From Lachnospiraceae bacterium (GTDB taxonomy: Bacteria; Bacillota; Clostridia; Lachnospirales; Lachnospiraceae): a stretch of DNA of 64,000 bases. The notes beneath the pieces were generated by a model. That model saw only the letters and a program-made list of their open reading frames with translations. It was not told the origin of the DNA and did not search any database. The DNA is taken from positions 5,573-69,572 of the forward strand of contig JAFLTD010000002.1 in assembly GCA_022510625.1 (NCBI GenBank). The letters are read 5' to 3'. Both the position numbers and the translations under genes were made by a program. Positions within the stretch are counted from its first letter, which is position 1; the number at the start of each line of letters is the position of its first letter. Positions 19,727 to 28,976 of the stretch are shown piece by piece.

Positions 19727-20842
19727 ATGAAAAAGCACGGAGCAGAAAAAAATATTGCTTTTTATATTGGCTCTCTGCACAAGGGAGGAGCGGAAAGAGT
19801 CTTTGTAAATTTGGCAGAATTTTTCCAAAGGGAAGGATATCGGGTGACGATGGTCACACAATACAGATATCCGGAGGAGGAAGAATATATATTGCCGTCG
19901 GGAATTCAAAGGGTGATTTCCGATTTGAATTCCACAGAATTGAGTAACAGCCGTATTGTTAACTTCTATCGTCGCGTATGTAAGCTTCATCGGATTTGGA
20001 AAACCGAGCAACCTGACATGGTATTGGCGTGCATTGGCAAAAATAATTTTATGGCGATTGTTACAACGATGTTCACCAAGACCAGACCGGTGGTTTCGGT
20101 GGTCGGTGAGGCGAAAGAGGAATACCCGGGCAGACTGATGCACGGTCTTGCAAACTTCTTGTTTCCTCATGCTGCAGGTATTGTTTTGCAGACGGAGCGC
20201 TCCAAATACTTTTTTAATAAGAAGATACAGCGAAAGGCGGTCATTCTGCCCAATTCACTGAATCCTGTATTTATCAAACCCAGATATGAAGGGGTTAGGG
20301 ATCAGAGAATCGTTGCCGTGGGGCGTCTTGACGCCAATAAAAATCATGAGATGATGATTCGGGCATTTGCGGCGCTTAAGGATAAATATCCCGAATATAC
20401 GCTCACAATATACGGTGAGGGTGAACTGCGTCCGTTCTTGGAAGATTTAGCGAATCGGCTCGGTGTTTCAGAGCGGGTGTTTTTACCGGGAGTGATTCCG
20501 GATGTAGCGGTCCGGATTGAAAGAGCGGCTCTTTTTTTGCTGACATCCTACTCGGAAGGAGTTTCCAATGCGCTGATTGAAGCGTTGGCGAGCGGACTGC
20601 CTGTTATTTCCACAGATGTGCCCAGCGGCGGTACGGTAGAGCTTATAACAGACGGTGTGAACGGTCTGATCATCCCGGCAGGGGATTTACCTGCGCTGGA
20701 AGAATCTATGGATAAGCTCCTCGGAGATTCTGCATATGCCGACAGCCTGGGCAGGGAGGCTGCCAAGATTCAAAAACGGCTTGCTCCGGAGCGTGTCAAT
20801 CATCTGTGGAAAGAGTATTTTAATGAAATCATGGCAAGATGA
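19727..20842 (+). CDS. GT4 glycosyltransferase (paralog of 15651..16754)
   Basis: GGAERV, GRLDANKN, EGVSNALIEALASGLP. Confidence 0.9.
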   Translation: MKKHGAEKNIAFYIGSLHKGGAERVFVNLAEFFQREGYRVTMVTQYRYPEEEEYILPSGIQRVISDLNSTELSNSRIVNFYRRVCKLHRIWKTEQPDMVLACIGKNNFMAIVTTMFTKTRPVVSVVGEAKEEYPGRLMHGLANFLFPHAAGIVLQTERSKYFFNKKIQRKAVILPNSLNPVFIKPRYEGVRDQRIVAVGRLDANKNHEMMIRAFAALKDKYPEYTLTIYGEGELRPFLEDLANRLGVSERVFLPGVIPDVAVRIERAALFLLTSYSEGVSNALIEALASGLPVISTDVPSGGTVELITDGVNGLIIPAGDLPALEESMDKLLGDSAYADSLGREAAKIQKRLAPERVNHLWKEYFNEIMAR

Positions 20843-21984
20843 GAGATGAGCTTATACAGACTATCTATACTATATATAGAAAGGGCAGTGCGATGAAACG
20901 TGCCAGAGCATGGATTTTCATACAGATCACGGTTTTCATGGGAATATTTCTGCTTCTTTTCATTGCAGTATCCTACATGGTGAGGACAAACGGCGACGTG
21001 AAAGACAGATTTTCAGGTTTCTATGCGGAGAAGAAGGATACATTGGATATTGTGATGATTGGTTCCAGTCCGGTGTTTCCATACTATGCCGCGCCGAAAC
21101 TTTGGGGTGAAGCGGGAATTGCGATGTACCCTTTGTCCTCCAATGTACAGCGTCCTGTTGCCATGAAGTATCTTGTGGAGGAGACTGAGAAATCCCAATC
21201 GCCTGACTTATATATATTTGAGATGCGCATGTTTACCATGGGAGATGAAGGGCTGAGGGAAAATATGGCGTATACGCGCGGTGTAACAGACAACATGCGT
21301 TATTCAATGTTGAGATATAAGACAATTCAGGCGATGGTACCCGAGGATAATGAGGAAGGAAGGCTCAGTTTTTATTTGGATATTATGAAGTACCATACCA
21401 ATTGGAAAATGCTGGCACTTCCCTCTGAATGGGCTAATATGACATATCATAAGGCCAATCCGCTGAAGGGGTACATTTTTAAGGACGAGGTAGGTCCCCT
21501 GTCAATGCCGGACTGCGGCGATGCGGAGGGTGTGACCGAGATTCCTTCGGAACAGGAAGCATATCTCAGAGATTTGATTGAGTTCTTGATGGCGGAGGAA
21601 AAGGATGCCCTGTTTATCGTGTCACCTTACGGCGAGTCTCTGACAGATCAGAAGATGTACAATTATATGGAAGAGATTGTGTCATCCTATGGGTATCCTT
21701 TCCTTAATATGAATAATTATTATGAAGAGATCGGTCTTGTTTTCGAAGAAGACTTTGCAGATTACGGCAGCCATACCAACGCTGTAGGAGCGGAAAAATG
21801 CACGGATTTTCTGCGGGAATATTTGCTGGGACACTATGACTTTGCCGATAAACGCGGTGATGAGGCATACGCATCCTGGGATGAGGCCTATTTATTATGG
21901 CAGCAGCAGATCACATCGGCAAGGGAGACGATTCGGGAGCGGATTGCCAATGAGGACTATGCGGTGGTCGGTGAGGATGAGTGA
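20839..21984 (+). CDS. Membrane-anchored SGNH-hydrolase-fold protein (DltD/AlgJ-like; possible O-acyl transfer component)
   Basis: Single N-terminal TM helix, IGSS nucleophile block, late DYGSHTN (D..H) motif; alternative start at 20893. Confidence 0.6.
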   Translation: MRDELIQTIYTIYRKGSAMKRARAWIFIQITVFMGIFLLLFIAVSYMVRTNGDVKDRFSGFYAEKKDTLDIVMIGSSPVFPYYAAPKLWGEAGIAMYPLSSNVQRPVAMKYLVEETEKSQSPDLYIFEMRMFTMGDEGLRENMAYTRGVTDNMRYSMLRYKTIQAMVPEDNEEGRLSFYLDIMKYHTNWKMLALPSEWANMTYHKANPLKGYIFKDEVGPLSMPDCGDAEGVTEIPSEQEAYLRDLIEFLMAEEKDALFIVSPYGESLTDQKMYNYMEEIVSSYGYPFLNMNNYYEEIGLVFEEDFADYGSHTNAVGAEKCTDFLREYLLGHYDFADKRGDEAYASWDEAYLLWQQQITSARETIRERIANEDYAVVGEDE

Positions 21985-22046
21985 CGGATGTAAATGTAGG
22001 AGCGGTAAGTAGAGTGGCGGACAGCAGATGAGAAAGGAATAGGCAC

Positions 22047-23969
22047 ATGTGCGGAATTGCCGGATTATGTAATTGGGGAGACACTTGGCAACGGAATATC
22101 GAGCGGATGAATGAGAAAATGTATCACAGAGGTCCGGACGCTTCCGGCATTTGGGCGTCTGATGACCGTACGGTGGTGCTTGGACACAGACGCCTTTCCA
22201 TCGTTGATTTGACTTCGTCGGGGGCTCAGCCCATGGAGTCACATAACGATCGATACGTTATAGCGTATAACGGAGAAATCTACAATTATCAGATAATCAG
22301 AGACAGGTTGATTGAGGAAAAAAGAGTGACTGCTTTCAGGGGAACGTCTGACACGGAAGTTCTCTTGGAAGCGTTCTCTGCATATGGACCGCAAGAGACG
22401 CTGAATATGATTAAGGGGATGTTTGCCATCGCCTTGTACGACAAACAAGAACACATGTTATTGTTGGCTCGTGACCGTGTGGGAGAGAAGCCGCTGTATT
22501 ATGGATTTGTGGGAGATTCCAATTTTGTGTTTGCCTCCGATTTAAATTCCATTACAGCCCTGGATCATTTTACGAATTCAATCAATACACGTGTTTTGGA
22601 AAACTATTTTCGATATGGATATATTCCGGCACCCCACTCTATCTATGAAAATATATACAAATTACAGCCCGGAAAATATTTAGAAATTAAATCTCCATTT
22701 AATAAATATGATATAAAAACATATTGGTCCATGCGGGAAGCAGCAGTTTACGGTCAGCAACATCTTTTTCAGGGAAGCGAGGAGGAGGCGGCGGCCGAGC
22801 TGGAACGTCTGCTTAAGGAATCCATACGCGGGCAGATGGTGGCCGATGTGCCGGTAGGTGCATTCCTGTCAGCGGGTATTGACAGCAGCACCGTGGTTTC
22901 CCTCATGCAATCCCTGAGCAGCCGCCAGGTGCGGAGCTTTACAATCGGTATGTGGGATGAGAAGTTTAATGAGGCTGATGCTGCGGGCGAGATTGCAAAG
23001 CATCTGGGAACTGATCATACCGAATTATATATTACGGAGAATGATGCGCGCGGCGTGATTCCCCGGCTGACCGGGATGTTTGGAGAACCGTATGCCGACT
23101 CCTCGCAGATTCCCACCTATCTGGTAAGTAAGATGACCAGGGAGCATGTGACGGTATCTTTGAGCGGAGACGGGGGTGATGAATTGTTCTGCGGTTATAA
23201 CACGTACAGTTCTTTAGTGCGGATATGGAACAAAACCAATCGGATTCCCTACGGCATTCGCAAGCCGGTCAGCGCACTGCTTGGTGTTGTGAATTCGGGC
23301 GGCAAGGGAGCCATGGCGACCCGCGCAAGACTTTTGGGATCGCGCAGTATTGAAGATATGTACCTTCGTTCAGAAATCGGTGAGGGATTTCGTATTGTCA
23401 AGGCCAAATCCACGGGCGCAGGCAGTACAACGGATCCGTTTGCAGGGGAATGTCCGACTGTTATGGACACCTATCCTGCCGGGCTTCTGGACGAGCCGCA
23501 GCACAATCTTATGCTGATGGACCTGTTGATGTATCATCCCGACGATATCCTGAATAAAGTAGACAGAACCGCCATGGCGGTCTCGTTGGAGACGAGAGTG
23601 CCGATGTTGGACAGAGATGTGGTGGAATTTGCATGGACTCTGCCATTATCTTATCGAAGCCGGGACGGCGTTACCAAGAGGATTTTGAGAAATATCCTTT
23701 ATAAATATGTACCGCGTGAATTGATGGAACGACCGAAGAAAGGATTTGCCATTCCGCTGCATAAGTGGCTCAAAGAGCCTGAACTGCGGCAGTGGGCCGA
23801 GAGCCTGATCGACAGCGCCGTGCTGGATCGGCAGGGACTGTTAAATACAAATGTAGTGTGGAGATTGTGGAACGACTATATTGAGAAGGGTATCTGGCGT
23901 GTGCAGATATGGTATATACTGATGTTTCAGGCGTGGATGCAGTATACGGGCAAGAAAGGTATGCAGTAG
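22047..23969 (+). CDS. asnB: Asparagine synthase-like glutamine amidotransferase 2
   Basis: MCGIAG, HRGPD, HRRLSIVDL, FLSAGIDSS, LSGDGGDE, KVDRTAM, RPKKGF. Confidence 0.9.
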   Translation: MCGIAGLCNWGDTWQRNIERMNEKMYHRGPDASGIWASDDRTVVLGHRRLSIVDLTSSGAQPMESHNDRYVIAYNGEIYNYQIIRDRLIEEKRVTAFRGTSDTEVLLEAFSAYGPQETLNMIKGMFAIALYDKQEHMLLLARDRVGEKPLYYGFVGDSNFVFASDLNSITALDHFTNSINTRVLENYFRYGYIPAPHSIYENIYKLQPGKYLEIKSPFNKYDIKTYWSMREAAVYGQQHLFQGSEEEAAAELERLLKESIRGQMVADVPVGAFLSAGIDSSTVVSLMQSLSSRQVRSFTIGMWDEKFNEADAAGEIAKHLGTDHTELYITENDARGVIPRLTGMFGEPYADSSQIPTYLVSKMTREHVTVSLSGDGGDELFCGYNTYSSLVRIWNKTNRIPYGIRKPVSALLGVVNSGGKGAMATRARLLGSRSIEDMYLRSEIGEGFRIVKAKSTGAGSTTDPFAGECPTVMDTYPAGLLDEPQHNLMLMDLLMYHPDDILNKVDRTAMAVSLETRVPMLDRDVVEFAWTLPLSYRSRDGVTKRILRNILYKYVPRELMERPKKGFAIPLHKWLKEPELRQWAESLIDSAVLDRQGLLNTNVVWRLWNDYIEKGIWRVQIWYILMFQAWMQYTGKKGMQ

Positions 23970-23972
23970 ACG

Positions 23973-25052
23973 ATGAAAGTACTAGAAAAATATCTACCTC
24001 CCTTAATAAATACAGGTGATCAGTCCGATTTGATTTCGGTTATTGTGGCAGCCTACAATATAGCGGATTACATTGAAAGGGGCATAAACTCTATCCGCAA
24101 TCAAACTTATCATAATCTGGAGATTATTGTAGTAGATGATGGTTCCACAGACGATACAGGTATACTCTGCGACCGCATTGCGTCCGAAGATTCGCGTGTT
24201 CAAGTGATTCATAAGGAGAACAGCGGCCCCGCCGAAGCACGTAATGTGGGTGTCGCGAGGGCAAAAGGTAGTTATATCGGGTTTGTGGATGGTGACGACT
24301 GGATTGATCCGGACATGTATGAGAAGATGCTTAGTGCACTGAAAGATCAGCATGCGGATATCGCGATTTGCCGGTATCGCCGGGTTTATAAGGATCACAC
24401 GGAGGATCAGTCTGTAGATAGGGCTATTTTGTTCGAGGGACAGGAAGCTCTGCAGTATTATGTACAGGAGACGAAAGAGTACGATATTCAGAATGCTGCG
24501 TGGAACAAATTATATAGAAGAGAAATCCTTACAAATATTGCTTTTCCCGTAGGAAAATGGTATGAAGATATTATGTTCGCAACAATGGCGTTAAGTCATG
24601 CACAACGCTGTATTTACCTTGACATGGCCTGCTATAACTATATAATAGACAGAGAGGGAAGCATCATGAATACGCAGGTCAATCCGCGAACGTTCACGGA
24701 TCAGATCCCCGCATATTATGAGAAGACTGAGTTTCTTAGGAAAATGGGGAGGCAGGATCTTGCAGACATTCATGATTATTTTTTTTATAAGAGGCTGCTT
24801 CTCTTCTACAGCCGGGTTGAAAAGATGGATATTCCCGACAGGGACAAGTTCTTAAAGCGGCTTGCACAGATCATCCGAGACAACAGAGAACACTACGCAA
24901 GGGCGTATAGTTGTCCCGTGGCGGATTCGCGTGATTATAAGAAAATGAAACTTTTCCTGAAATCTCCGGCGCGCTACAGCCGCAGAATACGATGGGAAGA
25001 ACAGGTGGTAATCCCATTGAAAGTGAAAGTTAAAGGGATTTTGAGAAGATGA
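23973..25052 (+). CDS. GT2 glycosyltransferase (EpsJ-like)
   Basis: ISVIVAAYN, VDDGSTD, FVDGDD, AWNKLY, YED. Confidence 0.9.
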   Translation: MKVLEKYLPPLINTGDQSDLISVIVAAYNIADYIERGINSIRNQTYHNLEIIVVDDGSTDDTGILCDRIASEDSRVQVIHKENSGPAEARNVGVARAKGSYIGFVDGDDWIDPDMYEKMLSALKDQHADIAICRYRRVYKDHTEDQSVDRAILFEGQEALQYYVQETKEYDIQNAAWNKLYRREILTNIAFPVGKWYEDIMFATMALSHAQRCIYLDMACYNYIIDREGSIMNTQVNPRTFTDQIPAYYEKTEFLRKMGRQDLADIHDYFFYKRLLLFYSRVEKMDIPDRDKFLKRLAQIIRDNREHYARAYSCPVADSRDYKKMKLFLKSPARYSRRIRWEEQVVIPLKVKVKGILRR

Positions 25053-26023
25053 TTATCATACAGCTTGCAGGTGGACTGGGCAACCAGATGTTTCAGTATG
25101 CCCTGTATCTACAACTGAAAAGTCTGGGGAAGAATGTTAAGATAGATGACGTTGCGGGCTTTGCACAGGATGAAAAGCGTAATCCCGCACTGTACCCCTT
25201 CGATATCACCTATGAATGTGCGTCCAAGAAGGAACTAGTACACATGCTGGATTCCTCGCCCCTTCCGTGGAGCAGGCTGCGTCGGAAGTTGTGCGGAAGA
25301 AAGAAAAAGGCTTATTTTGAGGCAGACAAGTGTTTTCATCCCGAAATCATGACTTGGGATGACATTTATCTGGAAGGGTATTGGCAGACAGAGAAATATT
25401 TCGCGGATATATCGGATGATATTAAGAAGATTTACGACACGGACAAGCTGCTTCAATATATCAGGGATAACAATCTGACGGGTACCGCGGCAGGACCTGC
25501 AGCACATGCCGAGGAGACGGATTACGGCCGGATGACAATGGATGGTTTGCTTGCTCGGATTGAGACTACAGAATCCGTCAGCGTGCATATTCGCAGGGGA
25601 GATTATCTTCTGCCGGAGAATCTGGAACTTTTCGGTGATATCTGTACGGAGTCCTACTATGAAAATGCGATGGAGCAGATGAAGTCCGAGCGTCCGGATT
25701 GCAGGTTTTATCTGTTCACCAATGATAAAGAGTGGCTGAAGGGCCAAATTGTCAAGCGGACAGAAACGAATATGCAGAATGCGGATAAGGGTTTCATTGA
25801 TGATATAGAAGTTGTGGATCTCGGGGAACAGAGCGATTACGCGGAGTTTGTTCTTATGAGTAAATGTAAACACAATATACTGGCAAACAGCAGTTTCAGC
25901 TGGTGGGCGTCTTATTTGAATCACAATCCGAACAAGATTGTTCTGGCACCGGACAGATGGCTTAACGGGTGGGATTGCAAGGATTTATATCGAAACGATA
26001 TGCGTAAAGTCAATGCAGGATAA
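25049..26023 (+). CDS. GT11 alpha-1,2-fucosyltransferase-like protein
   Basis: GGLGNQMFQYA, YLEGYWQ, VHIRRGDY, ILANSSFSWW. Confidence 0.9.
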   Translation: MIIIQLAGGLGNQMFQYALYLQLKSLGKNVKIDDVAGFAQDEKRNPALYPFDITYECASKKELVHMLDSSPLPWSRLRRKLCGRKKKAYFEADKCFHPEIMTWDDIYLEGYWQTEKYFADISDDIKKIYDTDKLLQYIRDNNLTGTAAGPAAHAEETDYGRMTMDGLLARIETTESVSVHIRRGDYLLPENLELFGDICTESYYENAMEQMKSERPDCRFYLFTNDKEWLKGQIVKRTETNMQNADKGFIDDIEVVDLGEQSDYAEFVLMSKCKHNILANSSFSWWASYLNHNPNKIVLAPDRWLNGWDCKDLYRNDMRKVNAG

Positions 26024-26087
26024 CTGTCCCTAAGGAATAGCCGCAGAGTATAAGGCGGACAGCGGCGGCGAAAGGAATCAATAACAC

Positions 26088-27887
26088 ATGAGTAAAGAGA
26101 CGGCTTTAGAGCATAACAGAGAGGGGAAGGTTACTCTTCTTCATAAAGTAGGGTATCTTTTTGACAAGAAGCAAAAGCGCCAGCTTGTTGGGTTGGGAGT
26201 GCTGATCTTGATCGGCGGACTTTTGGAAACCCTCGGAGTGTCCATGATTTTACCTGTTGTTGAGGTGATCATGGATCCGGAAGCCGTTATGCGAAATAAA
26301 TGGGTTTCCAAATTGGTGGATTTTTTGGACATTCAGACGAGCAGACAATTGATTGTGATTATGCTCGGCACTTTGATTGCACTGTATGTAGTAAAGAACG
26401 TCTATCTGCTTTTCCAGACTTATGTGCAGAATACTTTTGTGACCCGGAACCGTAACCGTATGATCAGCCGCGTTATGCGGGAATTCTTAAACAGACCGTA
26501 CGAAGATTATCTGGGCGCGGATATCCCCACCGTATTTCGTTTGACAGACAGCGATATTCCAAATGCTTTTCAGCTGATTCTGGTGTTGATTCAGATGGTG
26601 ACGGAGATCGTGGTAGTAGTATCTTTGTGTATCGTACTTGTCATGGGAAGTCCGGCGATGAGTCTTTTCGTATTCTTTGTCTTACTGGGCATGACGCTTA
26701 TTATCACGAAAGTGTTAAAGCCGCGCTTGAATACGATAGGTCACAGAAATCAGAGTATACAGTCGCGTATCGCGAAATGGCGGATTCAATCCATCTACGG
26801 TTTGAAGGATGTAAAGGTGCTGCACCGAGAAGAGTTTTTTGTGCGTAACTATTATGAAAGCGGTGCGCTTGGCGCCAATGTGGCGAGAAATTATGCAGTG
26901 CTCAACAACACACCGAGACTTCTGATTGAGACAATTTTTATGGCGGCAATGCTTCTCTATATTATGGTATATATCTTGCGGGGCGGCAATATTGACGTGC
27001 TGATTCCACAGTTGTCCGCATTCGCTGTCGCAGCGATCCGTGTTTTGCCGGGTACGAACCGCATCAACACGTATCTGTCGGAGATTGCGTATGCGCAGCC
27101 GTGTTTGGACTATCTGTACGATAATCTGAACGAAAACATGAAGAGGGATGTGAACGGCAGTGTGACGGGGCTGACGAACGAACAGAAGCCGGAGCTCCCG
27201 AAACTGGAATTGAAGGACAAAATTGTGCTGGATCACATCACTTACGCATATCCGAACACAACCAAGAATATCTTTACGGATGCTCATATGGAAGTGAAAA
27301 AGGGCCAGTCGGTAGGAATTATGGGACCTTCCGGCGCAGGCAAATCGACGATTGTGGACATCCTGTTAGGTTTGCTGCATGTGCAGGCGGGAACAATTAC
27401 TTGTGACGGCAGGAATATTTTTGACAATTATCCGGACTGGCTTGCGAAAATCGGTTATATTCCCCAGTCTATTTATTTGATTGACGAGTCCATCCGTGAC
27501 AATATTGCCTTCGGTATTGATGCGGATATAATAGACGACAAGCGTATCTGGGAAGTGCTTGAGGAAGCACAGCTTAGGGAGTTTGTGGAAGAACTCCCGG
27601 AGGGTTTGGATACCACGATCGGCGACCGGGGTGTCAGAATATCCGGCGGGCAGAGACAGCGTCTGGGTATTGCCAGAGCGCTCTATCACAATCCGGAGAT
27701 TCTTGTCTTTGATGAGGCCACTTCGGCACTGGATACGGATACGGAGAAGGCGGTCATGGATGCCATCAACAGTTTCCACGGAAGGAAAACCATGGTGATC
27801 ATTGCCCACCGGTTAAACACGATCGCCAAGTGCGATGTGATTTACAAGGTGGAAGGTGAGAAGATAATGGAGACGGTTTTGTCGTAG
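26088..27887 (+). CDS. Single-chain ABC exporter, PglK/MsbA-like lipid-linked oligosaccharide flippase 1
   Basis: TM domain with an external helix after TM1; Walker A GPSGAGKST, IGYIPQ, ISGGQRQR, DEATSALD, IAHRL. Confidence 0.85.
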   Translation: MSKETALEHNREGKVTLLHKVGYLFDKKQKRQLVGLGVLILIGGLLETLGVSMILPVVEVIMDPEAVMRNKWVSKLVDFLDIQTSRQLIVIMLGTLIALYVVKNVYLLFQTYVQNTFVTRNRNRMISRVMREFLNRPYEDYLGADIPTVFRLTDSDIPNAFQLILVLIQMVTEIVVVVSLCIVLVMGSPAMSLFVFFVLLGMTLIITKVLKPRLNTIGHRNQSIQSRIAKWRIQSIYGLKDVKVLHREEFFVRNYYESGALGANVARNYAVLNNTPRLLIETIFMAAMLLYIMVYILRGGNIDVLIPQLSAFAVAAIRVLPGTNRINTYLSEIAYAQPCLDYLYDNLNENMKRDVNGSVTGLTNEQKPELPKLELKDKIVLDHITYAYPNTTKNIFTDAHMEVKKGQSVGIMGPSGAGKSTIVDILLGLLHVQAGTITCDGRNIFDNYPDWLAKIGYIPQSIYLIDESIRDNIAFGIDADIIDDKRIWEVLEEAQLREFVEELPEGLDTTIGDRGVRISGGQRQRLGIARALYHNPEILVFDEATSALDTDTEKAVMDAINSFHGRKTMVIIAHRLNTIAKCDVIYKVEGEKIMETVLS

Positions 27888-27909
27888 TTCTGGAGAGGAA
27901 TAGTCAGAT

Positions 27910-28950
27910 ATGGTAGGAACAGAGTTTATCGATGGTCAGGGATTGGGAAACCAATTGTTCTGCTATGTAACCGCCAGAGCGGTTGCGTTGGAAAACGGAT
28001 ATGAATTTGGAACTGCCGGGCAGGAGCGTTTTGCGGTAAATATACACAGTAACCGCGGCATGTATTTCATGGACGTGGATCTGGGACATGTTATATCGGA
28101 AGAAGATAAGAAGAGGTTTAACGTCTATCATGATGTAGATATGAGGTTATATATAGGAAATTCCAGGCATGACCTGACCCACGGATGTTATATTGCGGGA
28201 GCCGATCCGGGAATCCATCATGTAGAGGACAACACATTGATTTACGGGAATATGCAGGATGAGTCTTATTTTATCAAATATCTTCCGCAAGTCAGACAGT
28301 GGCTGAAAGTAAAGCCGGAATATGATTCCTATGAATACAGCAGGGAGAATCTGTGCATTATCAATATGCGCGGAGGCGAGTATACGGGCAGCCCCGAGCT
28401 TTTGATCAATCGAAGATACTGGGTGAATGGTATCAGGGAAATGAAAAAAATACGCCCGGATATGGAGTTTATGATCATCACGGATGATGTGGAAACTGCG
28501 CAGAGGATACTGCCGGGTATTGAGGCCCATCATTTCGATATAGGAAAGGACTATGTGACACTCAAGAATGCCCATTATCTTTTGCTTTCCAACTCGTCCT
28601 TTGCATGTCTGCCCGCGCATACCAGCGAGACATTGAAATTTGCAATCGCCCCAAAATATTGGGCGCGTCACAATGTGTCCGACGGTTACTGGGCATCGGA
28701 GCAGAATATATACAGTCTGTTTCACTATATGGACAGAAAAGGCAGGATATTTACCGCACAAGAATGCAGAAATGAATTGAACAACTACAAGAAGAAATCC
28801 AAAAAGTATGCGTCAATCAATGTGCGCCCCGAGGGCATGCAGTTAAGGATGATGCAGTTTCATGCGTGGTATATATACAGGAAAGCATATCTGTGTAAGA
28901 TTGCCCGTGGTGTCAAGAGGCGCGTTCTCAGGCTGTTTAAACGCGCTTAA
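27910..28950 (+). CDS. Divergent GT11-like glycosyltransferase
   Basis: GQGLGNQLFCY, INMRGGEY (cf. HIRRGDY), IITDD, LLSNSSF. Confidence 0.65.
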   Translation: MVGTEFIDGQGLGNQLFCYVTARAVALENGYEFGTAGQERFAVNIHSNRGMYFMDVDLGHVISEEDKKRFNVYHDVDMRLYIGNSRHDLTHGCYIAGADPGIHHVEDNTLIYGNMQDESYFIKYLPQVRQWLKVKPEYDSYEYSRENLCIINMRGGEYTGSPELLINRRYWVNGIREMKKIRPDMEFMIITDDVETAQRILPGIEAHHFDIGKDYVTLKNAHYLLLSNSSFACLPAHTSETLKFAIAPKYWARHNVSDGYWASEQNIYSLFHYMDRKGRIFTAQECRNELNNYKKKSKKYASINVRPEGMQLRMMQFHAWYIYRKAYLCKIARGVKRRVLRLFKRA

Positions 28951-28976
28951 TATTATTCAAAGAAAAGATATAGATT

